Positions 1 through 9,557 of a DNA stretch of 51,795 nucleotides are shown one piece after another; the first letter of the stretch is position 1, and each line of letters opens with the position of its first letter. The DNA is from Alphaproteobacteria bacterium (GTDB taxonomy: Bacteria; Pseudomonadota; Alphaproteobacteria; GCA-2731375): positions 1-51,795 of the forward strand of contig CBDDBZ010000001.1 in assembly GCA_965225945.1 (NCBI GenBank), read 5' to 3'. Position numbers and translations under genes: made by a program. Below the pieces are notes generated by a model, which saw only the letters and a list, made by a program, of their open reading frames with translations, did no database searches and was not told where the DNA came from.

Positions 1-534
1 ACCCTGGTTGCCCGTGGCATGCGCGGTGTCGCCTATATCGTTTCCGATGATCATCCAGGCCTCGGCGCCGCGCGCAAGGCCGTCCTCGGCGGCGCCGTCT
101 GGCAGCGCTGTCAGTACCATCTAGCTCAAAACGCCATCCATCACGCCCCCAACCTCGCCATCCGAAAGGCCATCGGCAAGGAGCTGCGCCGGGTCTGGAA
201 CGCCGCCGACGGCAAGGCCGCCGAGGCCGAGCTGGGCCATCTGGTGGCGGCCTACCGCGATAGCGCCCCCAAGCTCGCCGATTGGCTGGAGACGGCGATC
301 CCCGAGGGCCTCGCCGTCTTCGCCCTGCCCGAGCGCCACCAAAAGCGCATGCGAACCTCGAACCCCATGGAGCGATCCATCCAGCAGGAGATCAAGCGCC
401 GCACCGTAAAGGTCAGGGTCTTTCCCAACGAGGCCTCGCTCGAACGTCTGGTCACCGCCATCCTCGTCGAAATCGACGAGAAATGGGAAACCACCGAAAA
501 ACCCTACATCACTTGGAAAGCAGAGGATGACTGA
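1..534 (+). CDS. IS256-family (Mutator) transposase, 5'-truncated by window edge
   Basis: Open from base 1; IS256 motifs IVSDDHPGL, WQRCQYH, RTSNPMER, FPNEASLERL. Confidence 0.9.
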   Translation, partial: TLVARGMRGVAYIVSDDHPGLGAARKAVLGGAVWQRCQYHLAQNAIHHAPNLAIRKAIGKELRRVWNAADGKAAEAELGHLVAAYRDSAPKLADWLETAIPEGLAVFALPERHQKRMRTSNPMERSIQQEIKRRTVKVRVFPNEASLERLVTAILVEIDEKWETTEKPYITWKAEDD

Positions 535-552
535 TCCTTGCCTATCCGGTTA

Positions 553-650
553 TCACCCACACCCACTATATGTAGTGTGCACCCATTTTCCTGAGTAAAG
601 CTCGGTGCAGGTCGAAGCGGAGATATCTCCGGCGATGCCGAGCAGGGACT
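553..650 (-). pseudogene. 3'-terminal remnant of an IS1595 transposase
   Basis: SLLGIAGDISASTCTELYSGKWVHTTYSGCG aligns with the C-terminus SLLGIAGDTSAPTYAELYSGEWRHPTCSGHGR of ORF 44083-45102. Confidence 0.85.
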
Positions 651-869
651 CGGACGGCATTGTAGCGGCTTTTAGGCGACACTTTAGCGTGGTGGAAATC
701 CTAATCATTGAGTCGGATTTGGCAAAACGCCACGTTGCATAAAGGACCGTCACTTCATTGAAATTTATCTGAAATCGGAGGTGAACGACACCGATGGAAT
801 ATTCCAGGAAATCAGAGCTTCATTGAATTGTAGGATTCGAGTGCCGGATTATTCACAAATAGCTCTGTG

Positions 870-921
870 AACAAGTTCGCTCAATACGTCATATTAAACA
901 AGTTCGCTCAATACGTCATAT
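870..921. repeat. Tandem duplication, 25 bp identical, period 27
   Basis: AACAAGTTCGCTCAATACGTCATAT at 870-894 and 897-921. Confidence 0.9.
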
Positions 922-1178
922 GAAGTAAACGGATTGAGGATCACGTTCTTGCGTGTCGCTTCGTCTTCGCTGCGACTCAAAACGCGCAGGAGACTAACAG
1001 GCGCGGACGGGTTCTTCGCAACGATTCGTGCCAGCGCGTCGCTTTCTTCGACTAGTGCCGTCAATCGCTCAGACGATGTCGTTTCATCAGCAGCTTCCCG
1101 TCTGGCCGTGGGTTTCTTCGTTTTTCCCTTGGTCGCCACCGTTCCGTCCACCGATGTTAAGTACGTGACGTGAATCAA
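894..1178 (-). CDS. Cargo ORF, leucine-rich-repeat-variant (LRV)-like helical repeat protein, probably truncated
   Basis: Repeats VAKNPSAPVSLLRVLS / VILNPFTSYDVLSELV resemble LRV units; AT-richer than host; stop lies within a tandem duplication. Confidence 0.45.
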   Translation of the reverse strand: MIHVTYLTSVDGTVATKGKTKKPTARREAADETTSSERLTALVEESDALARIVAKNPSAPVSLLRVLSRSEDEATRKNVILNPFTSYDVLSELV

Positions 1179-1410
1179 ACTCCGGTTCGGTTTTCAGAAC
1201 AATCAAGAATTAGCCGGATCGCCTCCTCAATGCGCCTGCGCCGGCCCTTGCCTGCAGTCCAAGGAGACACACTACATATAGTGGGTGTGGGTGATAACCG
1301 GATAGGCAAGGACTGATCAACGGCGTTCCGAATTTCCACACATCAGGTTGCTCAATCGCCGAATCTATAGTAGCCGCGCGGCAAAGTGTATGGTGGCACG
1401 ATCCTGCCGC

Positions 1411-4344
1411 TTAGCCCGCCGCGCGTTCCACCACCTGCTTGAAGACCTCGTGGGCCCTGGCTTGGCGGGCGCGGAGATCGTCCTCCAGGGCGGCGAAGTC
1501 CGCGACGCTGCCGACGTGCGCGAGCTTGCGGCAAAGATCCTCGGGCGCCGCCGCGTCGAAACCGTCGCCCTCGACGGCGATGCGGAGCAACCCGGTCAGT
1601 CGATGCAGCAGCCCCCAGGTTCGCCGCAGGTCATCGCCCTGGACGCCCTCCAACAGGCGGAGCGCGCTCGCGATCTCGATCGCCTGGCCGGTATGGCGCA
1701 CGACGACGTCCGGGTGGCGCGCGGCATGCGCCAGTTGCAGGTACTGGACGGTCAACTCGATGTCGACCAGGCCGCCCCGGACCTGCTTCATTCGCCAGAT
1801 GTCGTCGGTGCCGCGGTCCTTCACCAGCCGCTCGCGCATTTCGACCACGTCGCGGGCGAGTGGACCGGCCTCGCGCGGCCGGCGGACGACCTCGTCGATG
1901 GTCGTGGCGATCCGCTCGCTCAGCCGCGCCGGGCCGGCGATCACCCGTGCCCGGGTCAGCGCCATGTGCTCCCACGTCCAGGCCTCGTCGGCTTGATAAG
2001 TGGCGAAGCCGTCGAAGCGGGTCGCCACCGGCCCCTTGTTGCCGGAGGGCCTGAGCCGCATGTCGACCTCGTAGAGCTTGCCCTCCGCCGTCCGCACTGT
2101 CAGCGCCGCGAGAATCCGCTGCGCCAGGCGAGAGAAGTAGTGCGCGGGTTCCAGCGGTCGCTCCCCGTCCGACGCCCCCCCATCGCCGTAGTCGTAAATA
2201 AACAGCAGGTCGAGATCGCTTTCCGCCGACATCTCCCGACTGCCGAGCTTGCCCATGCCGACGACCGCGACAGCACTTCCCGCCACCCGGCCGTGGCGCT
2301 CGGCGAAGGCGGCCTCGACCCGGGGCACCAGTCCGGCGATCGCGCAATCGGCGAGGTCGGCGTAGTGTGGCCCCGCCGCCTCGCCATGGCTGGAGCCAGA
2401 GAGGATCTGCACGCCGATCTGGAACTTGCGCTCCTTGACGAAGCGGCGGACCCGGTCCAGCGCATCCTCGATGTCGCGGGCGACGCCGAGACCGCCGTCG
2501 AGACCGCGACGCAGCTCGTCCGCCGGTGGCGGCGGGGCGTGGAAATCCTCGGCCAGCACCGCGTCCAGGACCTCGGCGTTCATGGCGATATAGTTGGCGA
2601 GGCGAGGCGCGCTCCCCATCACCTCGGCCAAGAGGTTCAGCAGGCGCGGATAGGCGTGCAGCATGCTGAAGAGCTGCACGCCGGCCGGCAGCCCCCAGAG
2701 AAAGCGATCGAAGCGCGCCAGCGAGGCGTCGGGATTGACGGTGCGGGCGAGCGCCCGGAGCAGCACCGGCATCAGGTCGGTCAGCAGCTCTCGGCTGCGC
2801 GCGCTTCGCATCGCCCGGTATCGGCCGTGGTGCCAGCCGCGTAACGTCGTGGAGACGCCCGCCGGCTGGGCGTAGCCGAGCGCGGCCAGCGTCTCCAGGG
2901 TGTCGGGATCGTCGTCGCTGCCGGTAAAGACCAGGTTGCCGCCCTCGGAAAGCGCGGGCGCCGCCTCGAAGAGGGCGGCGTAGTGGCGCTGCACGCATTC
3001 CAGATGCGCCAACAGATCGCGGCGGAACTCCCCCGTCTCGCCATAGCCGGCGAAGCGGGCGACGTGGTCGATCCCCTCGGCGCTCGCCGGCAGCAGGTGG
3101 GTCTGCTCGTCGGCGATCATCTGCAGGCGGTGCTCCACCATCCGATGGTAGCGATAGGCCCGCATCATTTCCTCGCCGACCTCCTCGGTGATCCAGCCCT
3201 TGAGGGCGAGCGCCGCCATGGCGCCGGCGGTGGTGCGGTCGCGGAGGTCGGGATCGCGCCCGCCGGCGATCAACTGCTGGGTCTGGACGAAGAACTCGAT
3301 ATCGCGGATACCGCCCCGGCCGAGCTTGATGTTGTGGCCCTCGACGGCAATTCGTTTGTGGCCCTTGTGGTCGTGGATCTGCCGCTTGATCGAATGCACG
3401 TCCTGGATCGCCGCGAAGTCCAGGTTACGGCGCCAGACGAAGGGTTGGAGCCGCTCCAGGAAAGCCTCGCCGGTGGCGATGTCGCCAGCGGCGGCGCGCG
3501 CCTTGATCATCGCCGCGCGCTCCCAGTTTTGGCCCATGCTCTCGTAGTACTGTTCCGCCGCCGCCATCGCGACCGCCGCCGGCGTGGCGGCCGGATCGGG
3601 CCGCAGGCGGAGGTCGGTGCGGAAGACGTAGCCGTCGCCGGTCGCCTGCTGCAGCAGCCGTACCAAGCCCTTGGCCAGGCGGACGAAGCAGGCTTGCACA
3701 TCCTCCTTGCCTCGGTAGGGCACGGCCTCGGCGTCGAAGAAGATCGAGAAGTCGATGTCGCTCGAATAGTTGAGCTCGCGGGCACCGAACTTGCCCATGG
3801 CGATGATCGCGAGACCCGAGCCGAGCTCCGGGCGCGCCGGGTCGGTAAGATCGAGATCGCCCTTGGCGGCGGCTTGCAGCAGCAACACCCGTATCGCCGC
3901 CTGCACGGCGCCGTCGGCGAAGCGAGAGAGCGCGCCGGTGACCCGGTCGATGTCCCAATGGCCGGCCAGGTCCGCCAGCGCGATCAGCAAGGCCACCCGG
4001 CGCCGCGCGCGACGCAGTGCCGCCATGGGATCGGCGCCCTCAAAGGGCACCGCCTCGACCTCGGCCATCAGCCGATCGAAGGCGGCATCGGGCGGTGGGC
4101 CGAACAGCTCGGGGATGGCGCCGGCGTCGCGCACCAAGGCGCGGCCGAGAAAGGGGCTGTTGCCGAAGACGGCGGCCAGCAGCTCCCGCCCGCCCGGCGC
4201 GTCGACGAGCGTGGCCAGGGCGTCGGCGAGGCCCGGCTCGCCGTCACCCGCGCGGGCCAGATCCTCCATGCCGCGGTTCACCCGCTCGCCGTCGAACGGC
4301 GGAGGTGGCGACGACATTCCCTCGAGCATGGCGAGCCGGACCAT
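1411..4344 (-). CDS. glnE: Bifunctional glutamine synthetase adenylyltransferase/deadenylylase
   Basis: Two nucleotidyltransferase domains: MGKFGARELNYSSDID...DLRLRP and MGKLGSREMSAESDLDL...DMRLRPSG; IKLGRGGIRDIEF; start uncertain (4344 or 4317). Confidence 0.95.
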   Translation of the reverse strand: MVRLAMLEGMSSPPPPFDGERVNRGMEDLARAGDGEPGLADALATLVDAPGGRELLAAVFGNSPFLGRALVRDAGAIPELFGPPPDAAFDRLMAEVEAVPFEGADPMAALRRARRRVALLIALADLAGHWDIDRVTGALSRFADGAVQAAIRVLLLQAAAKGDLDLTDPARPELGSGLAIIAMGKFGARELNYSSDIDFSIFFDAEAVPYRGKEDVQACFVRLAKGLVRLLQQATGDGYVFRTDLRLRPDPAATPAAVAMAAAEQYYESMGQNWERAAMIKARAAAGDIATGEAFLERLQPFVWRRNLDFAAIQDVHSIKRQIHDHKGHKRIAVEGHNIKLGRGGIRDIEFFVQTQQLIAGGRDPDLRDRTTAGAMAALALKGWITEEVGEEMMRAYRYHRMVEHRLQMIADEQTHLLPASAEGIDHVARFAGYGETGEFRRDLLAHLECVQRHYAALFEAAPALSEGGNLVFTGSDDDPDTLETLAALGYAQPAGVSTTLRGWHHGRYRAMRSARSRELLTDLMPVLLRALARTVNPDASLARFDRFLWGLPAGVQLFSMLHAYPRLLNLLAEVMGSAPRLANYIAMNAEVLDAVLAEDFHAPPPPADELRRGLDGGLGVARDIEDALDRVRRFVKERKFQIGVQILSGSSHGEAAGPHYADLADCAIAGLVPRVEAAFAERHGRVAGSAVAVVGMGKLGSREMSAESDLDLLFIYDYGDGGASDGERPLEPAHYFSRLAQRILAALTVRTAEGKLYEVDMRLRPSGNKGPVATRFDGFATYQADEAWTWEHMALTRARVIAGPARLSERIATTIDEVVRRPREAGPLARDVVEMRERLVKDRGTDDIWRMKQVRGGLVDIELTVQYLQLAHAARHPDVVVRHTGQAIEIASALRLLEGVQGDDLRRTWGLLHRLTGLLRIAVEGDGFDAAAPEDLCRKLAHVGSVADFAALEDDLRARQARAHEVFKQVVERAAG

Positions 4345-4545
4345 GGGAGCCAAATTGGGAGCCCGGCGCCGAAGGGTCAAGCGATGCCGCCCGGCCATGC
4401 GAGTGGCCCGAGAAGGTGAGCGGGTCGGACGGAATCGGAGATCGTGGCCGAGCACGGCGCTGTCGGAGAGACGTCGAAAGCGATCGGTTGATCGTCCCGC
4501 GCGCCCGGGCGATCAACCGATCGCCCTGCCCGATGCTGCCCGGCC

Positions 4546-5277
4546 TCAGTTGACGGCGCCGATTTCCCGCAGCTTTTCCTTCAGGTAGGGATGGTCGGGC
4601 GATATCGACTGTGCCTTGCGATAGTCGGCGACCGCGCGCTCCTTGTTGCCGCGCGCCTGATGCACGGCACCCCGGCCGATATAGGGTCCGGCCATGTCCG
4701 GCTGCAGGCCGATGGCCGTCGTGTAGTCGGCCATCGCGCGATCGAAACTGCGTTCCTGGCGGTAGGTCTCGCCCCGATTCAGATAGGCCTGCGCAAAATC
4801 CGGGCGCAGCCAGATGGCCAAATCGAAATCCTTGATCGCCTTGTCGAACTCGCCGGTCTCGCGAAGGACGATACCGCGGCTGTTGTAGGCGTCGGCGAAA
4901 TCGGGATCGAGCTCGATCGCCATTTCGAAGTCGCCGATCGCCGCCTCGTACTCGAACTCCGCCGCGCGCGCGTTGCCTCGGACGTTATAGGCGAAGTGAT
5001 CCTCCGGATCGAGCTCGATCGCCGTGTCGCAATCCAGCACCGCCGATTCGAACAGGCCGAGCGAGTAGATTGCCGCGCATCGATTGCTGTAGGCGATCGC
5101 CAGACCTTCCTTGGTCAACTCGCCGGACTCGATGCCCCGCGTGTAGAGCTCGACCGCCAACGTCGGATCGCCCCGAGTGAAGGCTTCATAGCCGGCATTG
5201 ACATCGTCGGCACCGTCGGCCCACGCCGACATCGCCACACACGAGGCGACGAGGACTCCCATCAGTAGCGCGCGCAT
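4546..5277 (-). CDS. Exported tetratricopeptide-repeat protein
   Basis: Signal-peptide-like N-terminus, ~6 TPRs (AYSNR, AYNVRG, AYNSRG, AYLNRG); GGAGG upstream of ATG 5277. Confidence 0.85.
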   Translation of the reverse strand: MRALLMGVLVASCVAMSAWADGADDVNAGYEAFTRGDPTLAVELYTRGIESGELTKEGLAIAYSNRCAAIYSLGLFESAVLDCDTAIELDPEDHFAYNVRGNARAAEFEYEAAIGDFEMAIELDPDFADAYNSRGIVLRETGEFDKAIKDFDLAIWLRPDFAQAYLNRGETYRQERSFDRAMADYTTAIGLQPDMAGPYIGRGAVHQARGNKERAVADYRKAQSISPDHPYLKEKLREIGAVN

Positions 5278-5409
5278 TCCCTGGACCTCCGCCAAGCACT
5301 TGAGCGAACAGACCTTTCCTTCAGTATGGCCAAGACGGTGCGTTCGGGCAACCGAGAGAGAATGGTCGATCCCGAGGGGTTGCCGAAAGACCACAGCGCG
5401 CTATCCGGC

Positions 5410-5702
5410 TCAATCCGCCTCGATCGGCGCCGGTTCGAAGCCCAGGGGCGCCATTTCAAAACCGTCGAACACGAAAGCGGGCGATACGGCGCGGGCGAGG
5501 AGAGCCCAGGCGCCGAGGCTTCGCGCCGATTGCCGGCGTCCGCGACGCCCGCCGCCAGCAGGTAGTAGATCAGCGACATTGCGGATCGCGGGCCGGCCGG
5601 CGCCGGTGCCCGATAGGTTTCGCGAGAATGCCCGCCCTCGGGGTGCGGCGCCAGCCGCAGGATCTCGACGACCCGCGTGGCCTCGCCCGATCTGTCGAGC
5701 AT
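5410..5702 (-). pseudogene. Cupin_5/DUF985 protein with internal deletion and frameshift
   Basis: N-terminal LAPHPEGGHSRETYR...IYYLLAAG in one frame, C-terminal QSARSLGAWALL...VSPAFVFDGFEMAP in another; central cupin core absent. Confidence 0.75.
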
Positions 5703-5765
5703 CTCCCCTCCGCCTCCCGCGTATTGGCACCTATTCGTCGATCGAGCTCATGCTAAACTCGGCCC

Positions 5766-6518
5766 ATGCGACCCGACGTCTTCGAATTGCGGGAGTTCTA
5801 TCACGGCCGGCTCGGCCGGGTGACGCGCAATCTGCTGCGCGATCGGGTCCGTGCGCTCTGGCCGAACGTGCGGGGCTTGCGCGTGCTCGGCCTCGGCTAC
5901 GCGACGCCCTATCTCGGTCCCTTCCAGGGAGAGGCCGAGCGGGTGCTGGCCTTGATGCCGGCGCCGCAGGGCGTGGTGCGGTGGCCGGCGAGCGAGCCGA
6001 ACCTGGTGGCGCTCACCGAGGAGCACGACCTGCCGATCGCCGACGCCAGCGTCGATCGGGTGCTGATGGTGCACGAGTTGGAGAATACCGAGCGGGCGCG
6101 GGGCCTACTGCGCGAAGCCTGGCGGGTCCTGACCTCGGGCGGGCGGCTGCTGGTGGTGGTGCCCAACCGGCGAGGGCTCTGGGCGCATTTCGAGCGAACC
6201 CCCTTCGGCCATGGTCGACCTTATAGTCCGGGGCAGCTCTCGCGATTGCTCAAGGAGGCGATGTTCCAGCCGACGCAGCGCGGTGCCGCGCTCTATGTGC
6301 CACCGGCACCGAGGATCCTGCTGCGCGGCGCCGGCGCCTGGGAACGTGGCGGCCGTGTACTCGCCCCCGGGCTCGCCGGCGTTCTGATGGTCGAGGCGGA
6401 CAAGCAGATCCATGCGGTGACGGCGGCCGACGCCCGGGTCCGGCGGCGGCCGATCCCGATCGCCACCGCCTCGCGCGACGGGGCCAATCGGGCCCGCGTG
6501 CTCGAGGACGGCGAGTAG
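5766..6518 (+). CDS. SAM-dependent methyltransferase-like protein (YafS-like)
   Basis: RVLGLGYATPYL, LPIADASVDRVLMVH, VVPNRRGLW...TPFGHGRPYS. Confidence 0.85.
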   Translation: MRPDVFELREFYHGRLGRVTRNLLRDRVRALWPNVRGLRVLGLGYATPYLGPFQGEAERVLALMPAPQGVVRWPASEPNLVALTEEHDLPIADASVDRVLMVHELENTERARGLLREAWRVLTSGGRLLVVVPNRRGLWAHFERTPFGHGRPYSPGQLSRLLKEAMFQPTQRGAALYVPPAPRILLRGAGAWERGGRVLAPGLAGVLMVEADKQIHAVTAADARVRRRPIPIATASRDGANRARVLEDGE

Positions 6519-6620
6519 ACCCGCCCGGAGCCTCCGGCGCCGAGCTTTTCTTTGCTTTTGCCATGGCCTGCGACTATATGTCGGGCCCTGTTTTCGGGAG
6601 TCCGCCGGAGTCCATCAGTC

Positions 6621-7517
6621 ATGTCCACGGACGATCCCAAACTCGACGACCTGCGCCGCGAGATCGACCAGATCGACGCCGCGCTGCACGACGGGATCAT
6701 GCGTCGCGCAGCGCTGATGGATTGCGTGCTCAGGGCGAAGCGGGCCGATGACGCGCCGACGATCCCGATGCGCACGGGGCGCGAGACGGCGATCCTGCGT
6801 AGCCTCGCGGCGCGCCACGAGGGGGCGCTGCCGACGGCCGTCGTGCTCCGGGTCTGGCGCGAGATCATGAACGCGGCGACGGCGCTTCAGGGGCCGCTCT
6901 CCATCGCCGTCTGCGCGCCGGCGAAGAGCGTCGGCTACTGGGACCTGGCGCGCAATCACTTCGGTGCGGCGACGCCGATGAGCCTGCACGTCTCCCCGAA
7001 CGTGGTGCTGCGCCAGGTGCTGGAGCGGCCGGGCACCGTCGGCATCCTGCCGGAGCCGCAGGACCAGGAGGAGGAACCCTGGTGGCTCGCCCTGACGAGC
7101 GAGGCGCCGGAGGCTTCCGCCCTCCGGATCATCTGGCGGTTGCCCTTCTTCGTCGCGCCGATGGGACGCTTCGAGGAGTTGACCGCTTACGCCGTCGCCC
7201 GCACGCCGCCCGAGCCCACCGGCAACGACGTCACCATCCTGGCGCTCGACACCGAGGCCGACATCAGCCGGGGGCGGCTGATCGAGGGCTTGGCCCAGGT
7301 CGGCTTGCGGGCGCGGGTTCTGTTGACCCACGAGGGCGAGACGCCGCGCGGGCGCATCCATCTGGTCCATGTCGACGATTTCGTCCTCGAGGACGACCCC
7401 CGTCTCGTCGACGTCGTGGAGGACATCGGCGAGAGTTTGCTCCGTGCCCTGGTCCTCGGCGCCTATCCGATGCCGCTGATCGACGCCGGCCCGACCGAGG
7501 AGGCGCATGAGGCATGA
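6621..7517 (+). CDS. Chorismate mutase with C-terminal extension
   Basis: LDDLRREIDQIDAALH...GRE AroQ motif; overlaps hisC start, followed by tyrC. Confidence 0.85.
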   Translation: MSTDDPKLDDLRREIDQIDAALHDGIMRRAALMDCVLRAKRADDAPTIPMRTGRETAILRSLAARHEGALPTAVVLRVWREIMNAATALQGPLSIAVCAPAKSVGYWDLARNHFGAATPMSLHVSPNVVLRQVLERPGTVGILPEPQDQEEEPWWLALTSEAPEASALRIIWRLPFFVAPMGRFEELTAYAVARTPPEPTGNDVTILALDTEADISRGRLIEGLAQVGLRARVLLTHEGETPRGRIHLVHVDDFVLEDDPRLVDVVEDIGESLLRALVLGAYPMPLIDAGPTEEAHEA

Positions 7518-8614
7518 CTTCCCCCCGACCGCGCGACGGCATCCTCGCGATCGCGCCCTATGTCGGCGGCGACGCGGTGGTCGAGGGCGCGGCCCGGACG
7601 ATAAAGCTGTCGAGCAACGAATCCGCGATCGGACCGAGCCCGGCGGCGATCGAGGCCTATCGGAAACTGGGGGGCGAACTGCACCGCTATCCCGACGGCG
7701 CCAGCGAGGCGCTGCGCGCCACGATCGCCGAGGTCTACGGGCTCCAGCCCGAGCGGATCATCACCGGCAACGGCTCCGACGAGATCATCTGCACCCTGAT
7801 CGCCGCCTATGCCGGGCCGGGAAACGAAGTGCTTTACAGCCGGCACGGTTTCTTGATGTATCCGATCGGCGCGATGGCGGCGGGCGCCACGCCGGTGCAG
7901 GCGGCGGAACGGGACTATACGGCCTCGGTCGACGCGCTGCTTTCCGAGGTGAACGAGCGCACCCGGATGGTCTGCCTCGCCAATCCCAACAATCCGACGG
8001 GCACCTACGTCGGCGTCGACGCGTTGCGCCGCCTCCACGCGGGCCTGCCGTCGGACGTGCTGCTGGTGATCGATTCCGCCTATGCTGAGTTCGTCTCGGC
8101 GAACGACTACGCCGATGGCGCCGAGTTGGTGGCGGCGGCGGAAAACGTTGTGATGACGCGCACCTTCTCCAAGCTTTACGGCTTGGCGGCGCTCCGCCTC
8201 GGCTGGGCTTATGTGCCGGAGGACGTGGCCCAGGTCTATCACCGCGTCCGCGGCCCCTTCAACGTCAACCGGGCGGCGCAGGTGGCGGGTATCGCGGCCT
8301 TGCGCGACGCCGTCCACGCGGCGGCCGCGCGCGCCCACAACGATCGCTGGCTGCCCTGGCTGCAAGAGGCCTTCACCCGGCTCGGGCTGCGGGTGATCCC
8401 GAGCGTCGGCAATTTCGTTTCCGTCCGTTTCGGGGCCAAGGGCCCGAGGTCGGCGCCGGCGGCACTCGCCTTCCTGAACGCGCGCAATGTCCTGCCCCGC
8501 GCCATCGCCGCGTACGGCATGGCCGACCACTTGCGCTTCACGGTCGGCCTGGAGGACGAGAACCGCGCGGTGATCGCGGCCGTCGAGGCTTTTCTGGCGA
8601 CCTCGGATGACTGA
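7514..8614 (+). CDS. hisC: Histidinol-phosphate aminotransferase
   Basis: KLSSNES, RYPD, GNGSDE, NPNNPTG, RTFSKLYGLAALRLGW. Confidence 0.95.
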   Translation: MTSPRPRDGILAIAPYVGGDAVVEGAARTIKLSSNESAIGPSPAAIEAYRKLGGELHRYPDGASEALRATIAEVYGLQPERIITGNGSDEIICTLIAAYAGPGNEVLYSRHGFLMYPIGAMAAGATPVQAAERDYTASVDALLSEVNERTRMVCLANPNNPTGTYVGVDALRRLHAGLPSDVLLVIDSAYAEFVSANDYADGAELVAAAENVVMTRTFSKLYGLAALRLGWAYVPEDVAQVYHRVRGPFNVNRAAQVAGIAALRDAVHAAAARAHNDRWLPWLQEAFTRLGLRVIPSVGNFVSVRFGAKGPRSAPAALAFLNARNVLPRAIAAYGMADHLRFTVGLEDENRAVIAAVEAFLATSDD

Positions 8615-9557
8615 AGACGCCTCACCCTTGATCGGACGCCTGGCGCTGATCGGCGTCGGCCTGATCGGCTCCTCGATCGCCCGGGCGGTAAAACGCGGTG
8701 GTCTCGCGGGCCATATCGCCGGCTGCACCCGGAGCGAGGCGAGCCGAGATGCCTGCCTCGAGCTCGAAATCGTCGACAGCGCGCATGTCGATCCCATCGA
8801 GGCGGCCCGGGACGCGGACCTGGTGATCCTCTGCTGCCATCTCGGCAGCTATATCGACGTGGCGAAGGCGATCGGGCCGACCCTGAAGCTCGGCGCGGTG
8901 GTGAGCGACGTCGGCTCGGTGAAGGCGCAGGTGTTGTCCGAGATAGGCCCGCTCTTGCCCGAGGGGGTACATCTGATCCCGGGCCACCCCGTCTCCGGGA
9001 CGGAGCATTCGGGCCCGCGCTCGGGCTTCGCGGAACTGTTCGACGACCGCTGGTGCATTTTGACCCCGGGGCCCGACGCCGACGCGGCGGCCCTGGCGCT
9101 GGTCGGCGAATTCTGGCACCGGATCGGCAGCCGGGTCGAGATCATGGATGCACGCCACCACGACCTCGTGCTGGCGGTGACCTCCCACCTGCCGCATCTG
9201 ATCGCCTACAACATCGTCGGCACGGCGGCGGACCTCGAAACCGTCACCAATAGCGAGGTGATCAAATATTCCGCCGGCGGCTTTCGCGACTTCACCCGGA
9301 TCGCCGCCTCGAACCCGGAGTTCTGGCGCGACGTCTTCCTGAACAACCGCGAGGCGGTGCTGGAAGTCCTCGGCCGCTTCACCGAGGATCTCTTTGCCCT
9401 GCAGCGGGCGATCCGCTGGGGCGAGGGCGACGAACTCCACCAACTGTTCTCCCGCACGCGCGACATCCGCGGCCGGATCATTGCCGCCGGGCAGGAGACG
9501 CCGGCAGCGGATTTCGGCCGCCGCCCGCCGCCGGAGGAGGAAGAAGAATCGGCGTAA
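8607..9557 (+). CDS. tyrC: Cyclohexadienyl (prephenate/arogenate) dehydrogenase
   Basis: GVGLIGSS, SDVGSVK, GHPVSGTEHSG, HD...TSHLPHL, GGFRDFTRIAAS. Confidence 0.93.
   Translation: MTEDASPLIGRLALIGVGLIGSSIARAVKRGGLAGHIAGCTRSEASRDACLELEIVDSAHVDPIEAARDADLVILCCHLGSYIDVAKAIGPTLKLGAVVSDVGSVKAQVLSEIGPLLPEGVHLIPGHPVSGTEHSGPRSGFAELFDDRWCILTPGPDADAAALALVGEFWHRIGSRVEIMDARHHDLVLAVTSHLPHLIAYNIVGTAADLETVTNSEVIKYSAGGFRDFTRIAASNPEFWRDVFLNNREAVLEVLGRFTEDLFALQRAIRWGEGDELHQLFSRTRDIRGRIIAAGQETPAADFGRRPPPEEEEESA

Larger units (their letters stand above)
537..1310. mobile_element. Non-autonomous IS1595-family derivative (MITE/mobile insertion cassette) with cargo
   Basis: Perfect 43-bp TIRs CTTGCCTATCCGGTTATCACCCACACCCACTATATGTAGTGTG (537-579 / 1268-1310); 8-bp TSD GACTGATC (529-536, 1311-1318); ends resemble those of the IS1595 at 44070-45174. 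Confidence 0.9.
1..1357 (+). mobile_element. Right part of an IS256-family element, interrupted at the stop codon by the IS1595-derived cassette
   Basis: Transposase ends at 534; sequence resumes after the duplicated GACTGATC (1311-1318); right end near 1357 is an estimate because the left end is outside the window. Confidence 0.6.
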
